Below the pieces are notes generated by a model. That model searched no databases. It was not told where the DNA came from and worked only from the letters and a program-made list of their open reading frames with translations. A stretch of 64,000 nt of DNA from a virus. Its lineage: Duplodnaviria; Caudoviricetes. The DNA lies in the IMG/VR virus record IMGVR_UViG_3300017917_003016, positions 64,001-128,000 of that record. One strand, written 5' to 3'. Position 1 is the first letter of the stretch. Every line of letters begins with the position of its first letter. Below, piece by piece: positions 20,169-29,993 of the stretch. The translations under genes and the position numbers were made by a program.

Positions 20169-20864
20169 ATGCTGATCTCAGGTGTAACACTCACAGGCAC
20201 TTATATCACAGACGTTCCACCTATAGTTACCAGTGGATTAACTTTGAATATAGATGCAGGAAATTCTACTAGTTATCCAGGTAGTGGCACAACTTGGTTT
20301 GATCTTGCTGGCACCGCTGACAACATAACTTTAGTTGGCAGTCCTGCCTATACTGCAGGTACTCCTGCGTATTTTACATTCAATGGAGCAACTCAATACG
20401 GCACCGGCTCTGCGGCCAATTTGCTGGATACTACAGCATATACAAAATCTGTTTGGTTTCAGGCCAGCAGTTACGTCGACAATAATTTAGTCAGCAGCGA
20501 CACCGGTGGGCACTTTATGTACATGTCGGGCTCTAGCAAACTATACTGCGGCCATGCCAATTGGCCAGTGTACTCTGCCTATCCATCTACAGCAACAATT
20601 AATCTGAACACATGGTATAATGCTGCTTTGACATTTAGTACTACTAACGGTATGGTTCTGTACATCAATGGCAGTCAAGACAGCACCTACATAGCCAATA
20701 AAACTGCTCGCTCGGGTGACGGGTCAACAAACATTGCCTGCTTTGGTGCTGGCGGAAATTTATTAAATGGTCGCCTGTCACAGGTTCTGTTGTATAACAG
20801 AGAATTAACAGCCGCCGAAGTTCTGCAGAATTATCGTGCTCTAGCGTGGAGATACGGTCAATGA
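20169..20864 (+). CDS. LamG/concanavalin A-like virion-associated protein
   Basis: GLTLNIDAGNSTSYPGSGTTWFDL...LYNRELTAAEVLQNY; start refined to MLISGV. Confidence 0.75.
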   Translation: MLISGVTLTGTYITDVPPIVTSGLTLNIDAGNSTSYPGSGTTWFDLAGTADNITLVGSPAYTAGTPAYFTFNGATQYGTGSAANLLDTTAYTKSVWFQASSYVDNNLVSSDTGGHFMYMSGSSKLYCGHANWPVYSAYPSTATINLNTWYNAALTFSTTNGMVLYINGSQDSTYIANKTARSGDGSTNIACFGAGGNLLNGRLSQVLLYNRELTAAEVLQNYRALAWRYGQ

Positions 20865-21907
20865 TAATCCAAGGTGCGACCATCAGCGGTACTAGTATCT
20901 ATGATAAATCGACAGGTTTATATGGATTTACTAGTTTTACATTTACCAATGCCAATGCCGTAAATCGCACAGGGCCAACACTGCCGGGCCTGCTGGCCAG
21001 TTACGATACTGGTACTAACAGTTGGCTTAACAACACTAACTATTTTAATGTGACCACACAGGGTATTCAAACTTGGACGGTGCCTAGAACGGGCACATAC
21101 CAAATTGAAGTAGTGGGTGCTGCGGGCGGTGAACCATTTAGTACTAATGTCAACACTGGCTTTGGCGCCAAAATGGTCGGCAATGTATCATTAACACAAG
21201 GAGACAAAATCAATATCGTAGTTGGTCAACGAGGCTACCCAATGTCTCCAAACGTTGCCGCTGGCGCGTATAATGCAGGTGGGGGAGGTGGTAGTTTTGT
21301 ATTCCGCAACATAACCGACCTAGTACCATTAATGGCCGCAGGTGGAGGCGGTGGCGGAACTCTAAGCGCGGGTACAAATCCCCGTGCTAATGCGGCTGTT
21401 TTCGCCAATGGTATACCCGGAACAGGCTACTCAGATTCGGCTGCTGCCGCTTTTTCTGGACTGGTCACAGGTGCTAACATAGGTCAAGGTGGTATAAACA
21501 TATCAACAACAACATACAAAGTTGGAGCCGGGGGTGGTTGGACCACCAACGGTCAGGGAGGTCACGCATTGTGTACCTATCCAGTATCGGGAGGCAATGG
21601 CGGCTCCAATGCCAACCCATTCCTAGGTGGTTATGGTAATAACACACAATCTGGCTCATTGGTTAATAACCAAGGTGGGGGTTTTGGTGGTGGTGGCGGC
21701 GGCACAGGGCGTTGCGGACAAAGTGGATCGGGTGGTGGTGGTGGCTACACCGGCGGTAGCATGGGTACGGATACCAATACCACTCCAGCCACTCAGAGGG
21801 CGCAAGGCGGTGGTAGTTATATAGATACAGTGAATGTTACCACAGTCAGTACCAGCATCTATCCATTTTTAGCCAATGGCTATGTTACGGTTACTCTAAT
21901 ATCATGA
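20861..21907 (+). CDS. glycine-rich domain protein
   Basis: GIQTWTVPRTGTYQIEVVGAAGG, VVGQRG, poly-Gly runs, terminal NGYVTVT. Confidence 0.7.
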   Translation: MIIQGATISGTSIYDKSTGLYGFTSFTFTNANAVNRTGPTLPGLLASYDTGTNSWLNNTNYFNVTTQGIQTWTVPRTGTYQIEVVGAAGGEPFSTNVNTGFGAKMVGNVSLTQGDKINIVVGQRGYPMSPNVAAGAYNAGGGGGSFVFRNITDLVPLMAAGGGGGGTLSAGTNPRANAAVFANGIPGTGYSDSAAAAFSGLVTGANIGQGGINISTTTYKVGAGGGWTTNGQGGHALCTYPVSGGNGGSNANPFLGGYGNNTQSGSLVNNQGGGFGGGGGGTGRCGQSGSGGGGGYTGGSMGTDTNTTPATQRAQGGGSYIDTVNVTTVSTSIYPFLANGYVTVTLIS

Positions 21908-22074
21908 TAATAGACGCTAAAGAACGATACAAAATTTGCCAAGAGTGCGAATATTTTGATAACACCACCAAAATATGCAAAGAATGCTGGTGTTTTATGC
22001 CTGCTAAAACCAAATTGCCTATGGCAACATGTCCCAAAGACAAATGGGAACCTGTTAATATTGTGAGATCATAA
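21904..22074 (+). CDS. small Cys-rich protein (56 aa)
   Basis: CQEC...CKECWC...CPKDKW; coupled on both sides; absent from ORF track. Confidence 0.7.
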   Translation: MIIDAKERYKICQECEYFDNTTKICKECWCFMPAKTKLPMATCPKDKWEPVNIVRS

Positions 22075-23087
22075 TGCAGATCATTGGCGGACGAATCAAC
22101 GGTGGTAGGATACAAGATCTCAGCGATCTATACGCATTCTCTACCTTCTTATTCACCAATGGTAATGCGCAAGGACGTACTGGTCCTACACTGGCGGGAT
22201 TACTAACTACCTATAGTAATGCAGGTAACTCTTGGATTACCAGCACTGCCTATCTAGATGTGCAAACACAAGGCATACAGCTATGGACAGTGCCACACAC
22301 TGGTACCTATCAAATCACTGCCGCTGGTGCTGGTGGTGGATATAATTTAAAACATAACCTCATGGGCGGTAACGGTGCTATCGTCACTAACCAAGTTAGC
22401 CTAAATCGTGGACAACAGTTGGCTATCGTAGTAGGACAGCGTGGCGGTAATTGTAATGTCGCTACTGCTTATTCAGGTGGTGCTGGTGGTGGTGGCTCGT
22501 TCGTCTATGACAATTCTACTATTACCTATTATACCGTAGCAGGTGGCGGTGGAGGCGCGGCATCAGCCACAGCGGCATTACTTACCACACAGGCCAATGC
22601 TCACGCTAACGCTTTTTCCGTCAACGGTGGAACTATCACTGGTTCTACTACATTCCGCGCCAATGGTGGTCAAGGTGGTCAAGGTGGTAACGTTGAGATG
22701 GCTACCAAATTGATCACAGGTGCTGCAGGTGCAGGTATACTAACCAGCGGGCAAGATGGACAAACCTATACTGGAACACAGCAATGGGGCGGAACCCGTG
22801 CTAATAATTGGGTAGGTGGTAATACCTATACGACTTTTGGTGCGCCTGGTGGCTTTGGCGGTGGTGGTGCCGCCTGTAACTCAGACAGCACTTATTATAA
22901 CAATTCTACTTATATTTGGCCAGGCGGTGGAGGTGGATATTCAGGTGGCGCCGCTGGATTCAACACTCGCGCAGGTGATGGTCAGTATGCAGGCGGCGGC
23001 GGCAGTTATACCACAGGCACTTTCATCAGTGGCGTCACTGGTGGCAATTTTGGCAATGGTTACGTGCAGATAACCAAGATAAACTAA
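22074..23087 (+). CDS. glycine-rich domain protein, paralog of 20861-21907
   Basis: GIQLWTVPHTGTYQITAAGAGGG, VVGQRG, NGYVQIT. Confidence 0.7.
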   Translation: MQIIGGRINGGRIQDLSDLYAFSTFLFTNGNAQGRTGPTLAGLLTTYSNAGNSWITSTAYLDVQTQGIQLWTVPHTGTYQITAAGAGGGYNLKHNLMGGNGAIVTNQVSLNRGQQLAIVVGQRGGNCNVATAYSGGAGGGGSFVYDNSTITYYTVAGGGGGAASATAALLTTQANAHANAFSVNGGTITGSTTFRANGGQGGQGGNVEMATKLITGAAGAGILTSGQDGQTYTGTQQWGGTRANNWVGGNTYTTFGAPGGFGGGGAACNSDSTYYNNSTYIWPGGGGGYSGGAAGFNTRAGDGQYAGGGGSYTTGTFISGVTGGNFGNGYVQITKIN

Positions 23088-23088
23088 T

Positions 23089-23337
23089 ATGAGAGCAGAC
23101 ATTTTTCTAAATCCTAACCCAGGTGACACTTACGATTATGATGGCAGCACTTTTGTCTATGATGGTGAACATTGGGTAGATGATGCGGACGGTGATACAT
23201 TTTGGGTTAGCGAAGCTACTCCGCCGCCTTGCGACATAACTTGGTCAGCGGTGTATTATTGGTATAAACCCAGCGAAAACGCTATAACCAAATACAATCC
23301 TGAAACCAACATTTGGGATTTAGTCATAAACTATTGA
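23089..23337 (+). CDS. hypothetical acidic/aromatic protein
   Basis: NPNPGDTY...YDGEHW module typical of virion accessory proteins. Confidence 0.55.
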   Translation: MRADIFLNPNPGDTYDYDGSTFVYDGEHWVDDADGDTFWVSEATPPPCDITWSAVYYWYKPSENAITKYNPETNIWDLVINY

Positions 23338-23362
23338 TCTATCCAAAAAATCAGTGCATAAT
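23334..23362 (+). promoter_or_regulatory. sigma70-like promoter of primase
   Basis: TTGATC-17-CATAAT, ATG 7 nt downstream. Confidence 0.5.
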
Positions 23363-23369
23363 GTAGTAT

Positions 23370-24395
23370 ATGCTGAATATCATAAGCGACTTCATACGAT
23401 CAATCTTACCAGTTAAGAAAAAGACTACTCCAAGCGGTTGGACTAGTTTCAACGCACCCTGCTGTGTACACAATGGTGAAACTGCTGATACACGTGGACG
23501 CGGCGGACTAACTGCTAACACAGACGGTAGCGTCAGTTATCACTGCTTTAACTGCGGCTTCAAAGCCAGTTATCAACCCGGGCGACACCTAACCTTTAAG
23601 TTCCGCAAACTTCTTCGTTGGTTGGGTGCCGATGACACAGACGTCAAACGCCTGGTAATTGAGGCCATCAGAATCAAAGATCTGGTAGCACCCGAAACAG
23701 TCAAGGGAGAAATTGATGAGCCTGTGGTCTTTACTGCCAAATCCCTGCCAACAGGTTCAGTTAGTTTTGGAGAAATACGAACATTTCTTTCCCTAGCAGG
23801 CGAAAAATATGATGCTGATCAAAATGTTTTAAACAAACTCAACTACGTTGCACGTAGGCTAATAGACACACAAAAGTATGAATTTTACATTACAGACGCA
23901 GTAGAACACAGTCTACATCAGCGGGTGATCATACCATTTACCTGGCAGAACAAAGTCATAGGGTGGACTGCACGTGCTGTCACAGACGGAGTTAAACCCA
24001 AATACTACACCGATTGCGATCCTGGATATGTGTTTAACATTGACAGACAAGCAGCAGATTGGAAGTTTGTTATAGTATGTGAAGGACCGTTTGATGCTAT
24101 GAGTATCGATGGTGTAGCAGTTTTGGGCAGCGAATGCTCAGAACAACAAGCAGAAATAATTGAAAGTCTTGGACGAGAAGTAATTGTAGTGCCTGATAAA
24201 GATCGTGCTGGAGGAAAACTCATTAAAAATGCTATTGACTATGGGTGGAGTGTGAGTTTTCCTGTTTGGCAAGAAATTTGTAAAGACATTAACGAAGCCG
24301 TGATTAGGTACGGTAAGTTATTTGTAATGAAAAGTATATTGTCTGCTAAAGAGTCTAATAAATTAAAAATAGAATTAATGAGAAAAAAACTATGA
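23370..24395 (+). CDS. DNA primase (T4 gp61-like)
   Basis: Zn-binding APCC...YHCFNCG; Toprim VCEGPFDAM and VPDKDRAG. Confidence 0.85.
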   Translation: MLNIISDFIRSILPVKKKTTPSGWTSFNAPCCVHNGETADTRGRGGLTANTDGSVSYHCFNCGFKASYQPGRHLTFKFRKLLRWLGADDTDVKRLVIEAIRIKDLVAPETVKGEIDEPVVFTAKSLPTGSVSFGEIRTFLSLAGEKYDADQNVLNKLNYVARRLIDTQKYEFYITDAVEHSLHQRVIIPFTWQNKVIGWTARAVTDGVKPKYYTDCDPGYVFNIDRQAADWKFVIVCEGPFDAMSIDGVAVLGSECSEQQAEIIESLGREVIVVPDKDRAGGKLIKNAIDYGWSVSFPVWQEICKDINEAVIRYGKLFVMKSILSAKESNKLKIELMRKKL

Positions 24396-25507
24396 AGTTA
24401 GACAAAATAGATATAGAAGATTTAATTACTGATCACAAAATTATTTCAAGGATAACAGTTGAAATATTGCAAATAATCAGTAACGCGCCTGCAGATGACA
24501 ATAAAGAAAAATACATACATAATTATTTAGATAAAACTATTTTTAAAAAAGATCTACTGGACAGTTTTCAAAGACCTGTGATTGTGATATACGATGAAGT
24601 CTTAACCGTTGAAATTCTATTGGCTATACATTTGTGGTTTATCAAACAATCTTGTAATATAGATAATATTTTTTTAGTAACTACGCACACGTTGGGTGCT
24701 AGCGAGTGGTATAAAAAATATCTAAATTTATTTGGTCTTAGAGGTTTTAGGTTAGTTGAAGCACCTTTAATGTCTCGTAGGTATGTCGATCGATTTATTG
24801 ACATTCCTAAAAAAGATATTTTTTCTAACAAAAAAATAAAACATTATTTTAGTTATTATGGAGGAAGTTATCCATCTCTAGAGAAAGACTTTTTAGTAAC
24901 AGTCATGTTACAATTACCCAACGGATGTGTAGAGTATATGTCAGGCTTCTCAAACGATGAAGAAAAACTAGATAATTATTTAGAAGAATTAACTGGATTT
25001 TGTGACAGAAAAACCGTTGACAATCTAATGAATATTAGGCGGTCGTTTGTCTTTACTAAAAACAAAACACAAACGTTAAATGAAACTTTTAATCTTTTAG
25101 GACATCAGTACCAAATTGATCAACAATGTGCCTTTCAAATTATAAGAGAAACCAATAATTCAACTCCGTTTTCCTGTATTACTGAAAAAACTCTCAGAAG
25201 TTTTATTCATGGGCAATTGCCTATTCCTTTGAGCGGTAAAAATTCAGTTAACAATATTAAAAAATTAGGATTCTTATTGGACAGTAATATTATTGACTAT
25301 AATTATCAATACTTAGATACTTTTTATGAAAGAATACAGGCAGTTGTTACTGAAGTTTGTAGAATACAAAAGAATTTTTCTCTTGAAGATTTGACCAACT
25401 ATATTAATGACAATCTAGATTTAATAGAGTATAATTATAAGTATGTTGCATCGGGTATGTTGTTTGACACTATCAAAACAAATTTTTTAAAACAAATTAA
25501 TGACTAA
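24392..25507 (+). CDS. hypothetical glycosyltransferase-like protein (TEK family)
   Basis: IIRET...ITEKT...PIPL...KKLGF...IIDYNY, shared with 33366 and 63525 ORFs; very AT-rich. Confidence 0.45.
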   Translation: MKLDKIDIEDLITDHKIISRITVEILQIISNAPADDNKEKYIHNYLDKTIFKKDLLDSFQRPVIVIYDEVLTVEILLAIHLWFIKQSCNIDNIFLVTTHTLGASEWYKKYLNLFGLRGFRLVEAPLMSRRYVDRFIDIPKKDIFSNKKIKHYFSYYGGSYPSLEKDFLVTVMLQLPNGCVEYMSGFSNDEEKLDNYLEELTGFCDRKTVDNLMNIRRSFVFTKNKTQTLNETFNLLGHQYQIDQQCAFQIIRETNNSTPFSCITEKTLRSFIHGQLPIPLSGKNSVNNIKKLGFLLDSNIIDYNYQYLDTFYERIQAVVTEVCRIQKNFSLEDLTNYINDNLDLIEYNYKYVASGMLFDTIKTNFLKQIND

Positions 25508-26897
25508 AGAATATTCTCTAGATTTGCAAAAACTGTTTTTGGAAATGATGCTGCAGGATGCGCAGAGTTATGTACGGGTGCAGAATATCTACAATCCAGA
25601 AAACTTTGAACGCAGTCTGCGCAGTGTGGCTAAATTCATAAGCGAGCACACAGATCGGCACAAAACTATGCCTACTCTAGAACAGGTCAAGGCAGTTACC
25701 AACGTTGACCTTCGGAAGGTGCCAGATCTTAATGAAGAACACTACAACTGGTTTTTGGGAGAGTTTGAAGGATTTACCAAACAAAAAGAACTTGAACGTG
25801 CAATTCTCAAAGCCGCAGACATGCTAGAAAAAGGCGAATACGACCCTGTAGAAAAACTCATCAAAGATGCTGTGCAAATCAGTTTGACCAAAGATCTAGG
25901 CACAGAATACTTTGAAGATCCTCGTACAAGATTGATGAAGATCAAATCAAATAACGGACAGGTCAGCACTGGGTGGCCTACACTAGACAAGCGACTGTTT
26001 GGTGGCATGAATCGTGGGGAACTCAACATTTTTGCAGGCGGTTCAGGCAGTGGCAAGAGTCTGTTCATGCAGAATATTTCAATCAATTGGGCTACACAGG
26101 GACTGAATGGAGTATATCTTAGTCTAGAACTGAGTGAGGAACTCTGCGCCATGCGTATGGATAGCATGGTGGCCAATGTCAGCACTAAAGAAGTATTTAG
26201 AGATCTTGACACAGTAGAAATGAAGGTCAAGATGACTGGGAAGAAGTCAGGTAGTTTGCGCATTAAGTATATGCCTGCACAGAGTAATGTTAATCAGATT
26301 CGTGCATATCTTAAAGAACTACAGATACAAACAGGTATCAAACTGGATTTTATCATGGTAGATTACTTAGATTTGGTAATGCCTGTGAGTGCCAAAGTGT
26401 CACCCAACGACCTGTTTGTCAAGGACAAGTATGTCAGTGAAGAACTGCGTAACCTAGCCAGAGAAACCAACATTCTAATGATCACTGCTAGTCAGTTGAA
26501 CAGATCTGCGGTAGAAGAAATTGAATTTGATCATAGTCACATTGCAGGCGGATTGAGTAAGATCAACACAGCAGATAATGTGTTTGGTATTTTCACAAGC
26601 CGTGCTATGCGTGAACGCGGTCGTTATCAAATACAACTTATGAAGACACGTTCAAGTTCGGGTGTAGGACAAAAGGTTGATCTTGAATATGACGTTGAAA
26701 CTCTGCGTATTACCGATCCAGGCGAAGAAGCACAAGAAAATGGATTCAAACAAGAGGGTGCTTCTAACATCTTAAATCAGATAAAAACAGGCAGTACCCT
26801 AAACAGAGAGCCGGGTCAAGACTCTCCTAAAATTAATGCAACAGTTGACAGCAGCAAACTTAAAAACATGCTAGCAGGTTTAAAAAGAGGCGAATAA
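25500..26897 (+). CDS. replicative DnaB-family helicase (T4 gp41-like)
   Basis: AGGSGSGKS, SLELSE, IMVDYLDL, TASQLNR, QLMKTRSS. Confidence 0.9.
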   Translation: MTKEYSLDLQKLFLEMMLQDAQSYVRVQNIYNPENFERSLRSVAKFISEHTDRHKTMPTLEQVKAVTNVDLRKVPDLNEEHYNWFLGEFEGFTKQKELERAILKAADMLEKGEYDPVEKLIKDAVQISLTKDLGTEYFEDPRTRLMKIKSNNGQVSTGWPTLDKRLFGGMNRGELNIFAGGSGSGKSLFMQNISINWATQGLNGVYLSLELSEELCAMRMDSMVANVSTKEVFRDLDTVEMKVKMTGKKSGSLRIKYMPAQSNVNQIRAYLKELQIQTGIKLDFIMVDYLDLVMPVSAKVSPNDLFVKDKYVSEELRNLARETNILMITASQLNRSAVEEIEFDHSHIAGGLSKINTADNVFGIFTSRAMRERGRYQIQLMKTRSSSGVGQKVDLEYDVETLRITDPGEEAQENGFKQEGASNILNQIKTGSTLNREPGQDSPKINATVDSSKLKNMLAGLKRGE

Positions 26898-26940
26898 ACT
26901 TTTCAAACCAGCATAAATAGTATAAATTGGAGTTGTCACT

Positions 26941-27189
26941 GTGCAAAAACGCACTCGTAGCATTCTTTCTGAACTTGATGAATTGTTGTTGCATAAAGAC
27001 AAGGATAATCTCCTTGAAAGTCGTGCAAACAACATTATCAATGGCGCCATTAACCTCATTCGTTACATTCATGAAACATATGAGCCAGAGAAAGCCGGAG
27101 AACTAGAGCGCCGCCTGCTGAATGCAATCAAAGGACAAGATCCTGCAAAATTTGCTCGCGGTATCAGGAAAATCAAAGATGAAGATTAA
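26941..27189 (+). CDS. hypothetical protein
   Basis: GTG start after late box 26913 and GGAG SD. Confidence 0.6.
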   Translation: MQKRTRSILSELDELLLHKDKDNLLESRANNIINGAINLIRYIHETYEPEKAGELERRLLNAIKGQDPAKFARGIRKIKDED

Positions 27190-27751
27190 AGAAATAACGG
27201 AAAGTCAATTGAACGAAGGTGTTTTAGACTTCATTGGCCGAGTTGGTGCTGGACTAAGAGGTAGTATTGCGGGAGCCCAAGCAGCCATGCCTACTACGCC
27301 TACAAATGCATTCAGAACAGTGGGAAACATCGGAGGTGGATTGATTAAGGGCGCACAAACGGGTTACCAAACCGCTGCTGCACAACAACTGGGAAAACAG
27401 CAACTTACCCAACAGGTACAAAATGTTTTTAAAAGTTGGAATACCTATTATGGTCAAACTAAAGACCCTAATATTTTAAATTGGGCAACAAGATTTTTTA
27501 AAAAATCAATAGGTCGTAACAGTGAACTAAAAAGAACTTTGCCCAACATTACAAATTCGTTAGCAGTAAAGAATTGGATTACTCAAGTACTTCAAAAATA
27601 TCAACAAGGTGTTTTAAAAGATTTATCACCAACAGCACCAACAGCACAACAAATAGCACAACCAACAGCAGGGTCAACAGCACGGCCAACAGTACGACAA
27701 AGAATGCAACAGCAACGTACTGCCACGCAACAAAGAAGGCAAAGAGAATAA
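27179..27751 (+). CDS. hypothetical protein, probably virion-associated
   Basis: MKIKEI...LNEG N terminus; Gln/Thr-rich tail. Confidence 0.55.
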   Translation: MKIKEITESQLNEGVLDFIGRVGAGLRGSIAGAQAAMPTTPTNAFRTVGNIGGGLIKGAQTGYQTAAAQQLGKQQLTQQVQNVFKSWNTYYGQTKDPNILNWATRFFKKSIGRNSELKRTLPNITNSLAVKNWITQVLQKYQQGVLKDLSPTAPTAQQIAQPTAGSTARPTVRQRMQQQRTATQQRRQRE

Positions 27752-27755
27752 CAAT

Positions 27756-28997
27756 ATGAAACTGTTTGAAATTAAAGATCAAACTCCGCAATGGTTGCTG
27801 CTAGAATCTGCAGAAGGCAAAAACGTACATCTAGAACATCTCGAAGATGAAATTTTTAACAAGGGGTGGGCAGGAGCACAATCCGCTCTTAATTATCTTG
27901 ATAGCCTACGTAATATGTTGGCTGAAGGCACGGGCACCACTACAAAACTAACAGTGAAATGGGACGGTAGCCCTGCAATAATCTGCGGTATAGACCCCGA
28001 GGACAGCAAATTTTTTGTTGGAACTAAATCAGTTTTTGCTAAAACAGAACCTAAACTCTGCAAGTCTTCAAAAGATATTCAAGAATGGTACAGTGCAGAA
28101 AAGCCAGAGTTGGCCCAAAAATTAGAATTTGCCTTGAAGTATTTGTCTAAATTAGGTATAGGTAGAGTAATACAGGGAGACCTAATGTTTACTCCTGGAG
28201 ACCTTAACATAGTTGAGATCAATGGTGAAGATTGCTATGTCTTTACTCCAAATACCATAACCTATGCCGTTCCAGTTAACAGTGCACTAGGCAAAAGAAT
28301 ATCTCAGGCTAAAATTGGTATAATTTTTCACACAGGATATTCTGGAGACTCCATGTCGTCGATGACGGCGGAGTTTGGGGTAAATGTTGCAGGATTAAAT
28401 CAAATTAAAGATGTATGGTTTGATGATGCCACCTACAAAGATTACACAGGTATAGCCAGTCTAACCCCCAGCGAAAACGAAAAAATAAAAAAGGTATTGG
28501 CATCAGCGGCTGCAACCATGAACAAACTTGGCGAACAGAGATTTAACATAGTTCTTCAGGACAGAGAATTTGCTCGTGTTATTAAACCTTTTATCAACAA
28601 ACAGATCCGCAGCGGCGAACAGATTGGAGAACCCACAAGATTTCTTCAAGATTTTGTTAGACATTATGAACAAGAACAAATGAAAGATGTAGGAGACCCT
28701 ACATCACGCAAAGCACAGAACAGATTGGCTAAAATCAAAGAGCGTGAACAGTGGGTCGCTGATAATAGCAATAATCTACTGGGAGTTTTAGCAATATACA
28801 AACGTGTTGTTGAGTTAAAACTCATGCTTATTCGCAAACTGCAGCAGGTAGAAGGGATTGGGACATTCCAAAAAACTGAAGACGGCTATAAAGTAACTGC
28901 TCCTGAAGGTTTTGTGGCTATAGGTCACGATGGCGGCGCAGTTAAACTAGTGGACCGTTTGACATTCAGCAGGACGAATTTTCTCCGTCGAGCATAA
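27756..28997 (+). CDS. ligase-fold nucleotidyltransferase-like protein (DUF6267-like)
   Basis: TVKWDGSP, IQGDLMF, PEGFV, VKLVDR in ligase motif order. Confidence 0.5.
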   Translation: MKLFEIKDQTPQWLLLESAEGKNVHLEHLEDEIFNKGWAGAQSALNYLDSLRNMLAEGTGTTTKLTVKWDGSPAIICGIDPEDSKFFVGTKSVFAKTEPKLCKSSKDIQEWYSAEKPELAQKLEFALKYLSKLGIGRVIQGDLMFTPGDLNIVEINGEDCYVFTPNTITYAVPVNSALGKRISQAKIGIIFHTGYSGDSMSSMTAEFGVNVAGLNQIKDVWFDDATYKDYTGIASLTPSENEKIKKVLASAAATMNKLGEQRFNIVLQDREFARVIKPFINKQIRSGEQIGEPTRFLQDFVRHYEQEQMKDVGDPTSRKAQNRLAKIKEREQWVADNSNNLLGVLAIYKRVVELKLMLIRKLQQVEGIGTFQKTEDGYKVTAPEGFVAIGHDGGAVKLVDRLTFSRTNFLRRA

Positions 28998-29040
28998 ATA
29001 ATATTAAGCGCGAAAGCGTAAAAAATTTAGGAGAAATAAA

Positions 29041-29412
29041 ATGGCAACAATTTCACGTACAAACGGCGGCGCTCGCCCAGCAGACGGTTCAAGTTTTGGT
29101 AATGCACAGATTACCGGTCGTCAGTTAACACACTACACCATCACATCAGCAGGTCTGTTCTCGTATGGCAACGGTACAAACATGAACTACCTAGCCGCTG
29201 GTTCAGATTATGAAAAACTAGTTCTTGCTATTGAACAAGTTGGCTCAATCGAACTACTAGGTGCTCCTGTGTCAGGCAACACATTCCGCGTTGCTCTGTC
29301 AGGCGCTGCTCCCAGCCCATCAACCGGCGCAACAAGTCTGCAAGCATATTGCAACACCTATGTTAACGGTTCAGGCGTTTCAGGCGCAACTGTAGCAGCA
29401 TTCACATACTAA
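29041..29412 (+). CDS. probable abundant virion structural protein
   Basis: Late box, CGC-GAAA-GCG leader hairpin, AGGAG SD and own terminator; Ala/Gly/Ser-rich. Confidence 0.55.
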   Translation: MATISRTNGGARPADGSSFGNAQITGRQLTHYTITSAGLFSYGNGTNMNYLAAGSDYEKLVLAIEQVGSIELLGAPVSGNTFRVALSGAAPSPSTGATSLQAYCNTYVNGSGVSGATVAAFTY

Positions 29413-29435
29413 TTTGTAACAGATTGTTTGTGACA

Positions 29436-29462
29436 AAAAGGCACTTTTTAAGTGCCTTTTTT
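29436..29462 (+). terminator. intrinsic terminator
   Basis: AAAAGGCACTT-TTT-AAGTGCCTTTTTT. Confidence 0.85.
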
Positions 29463-29480
29463 GTTGGTTATAAATATTCA

Positions 29481-29894
29481 GTGAGCAATCAATATCTATA
29501 TCAAGGTTTTACATTAATCGATATTACCCCCACTGGCATTACTGACACTAGTGATGAGTTTAGGCGTAACCAACAGCGCAACTGGGAAACCGTGCAGCAG
29601 ATTATCAGCCTAAGAACACAGCCTACTATTCTAAGTACCAGTAACGTGCTTGATGAAATAAACAAATATCATTTTGGCATCAACTATACAGGAAAACATA
29701 GAATTTGGACATTTAAATTTTCTGTAGAGTACGCCGACATCTATCAGGAAGGCCTAGACCGCTTTGGCCTTGTCAAATACGACTTTAAAATTACTCCAAT
29801 AATTTTGGGATTGAACGAAACGGCAAAACCAGAGCGTGCATTATTTTATCCCAAAGGCCCGTGGAATAACATATACTTTAAAACCCTGACCTAA
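29481..29894 (+). CDS. hypothetical protein
   Basis: GTG start 4 nt after TATAAATA; in frame with track ORF 29424. Confidence 0.55.
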   Translation: MSNQYLYQGFTLIDITPTGITDTSDEFRRNQQRNWETVQQIISLRTQPTILSTSNVLDEINKYHFGINYTGKHRIWTFKFSVEYADIYQEGLDRFGLVKYDFKITPIILGLNETAKPERALFYPKGPWNNIYFKTLT

Positions 29895-29993
29895 TACATA
29901 AATATTAGTTGATGCTCAAAGCACATTATTAAGGCACAGATAGGCACGGGATCAAGGCACAGTAAACAGCATCGCTTGTAATATGGAGCGGTT

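Noticed and set aside
6601-23087. Diversity-generating retroelement acting on fibre tips
   Set aside because: No reverse transcriptase in the window. The duplications seen are in-frame, differ mostly at synonymous sites and show no adenine-specific template/variable pattern.
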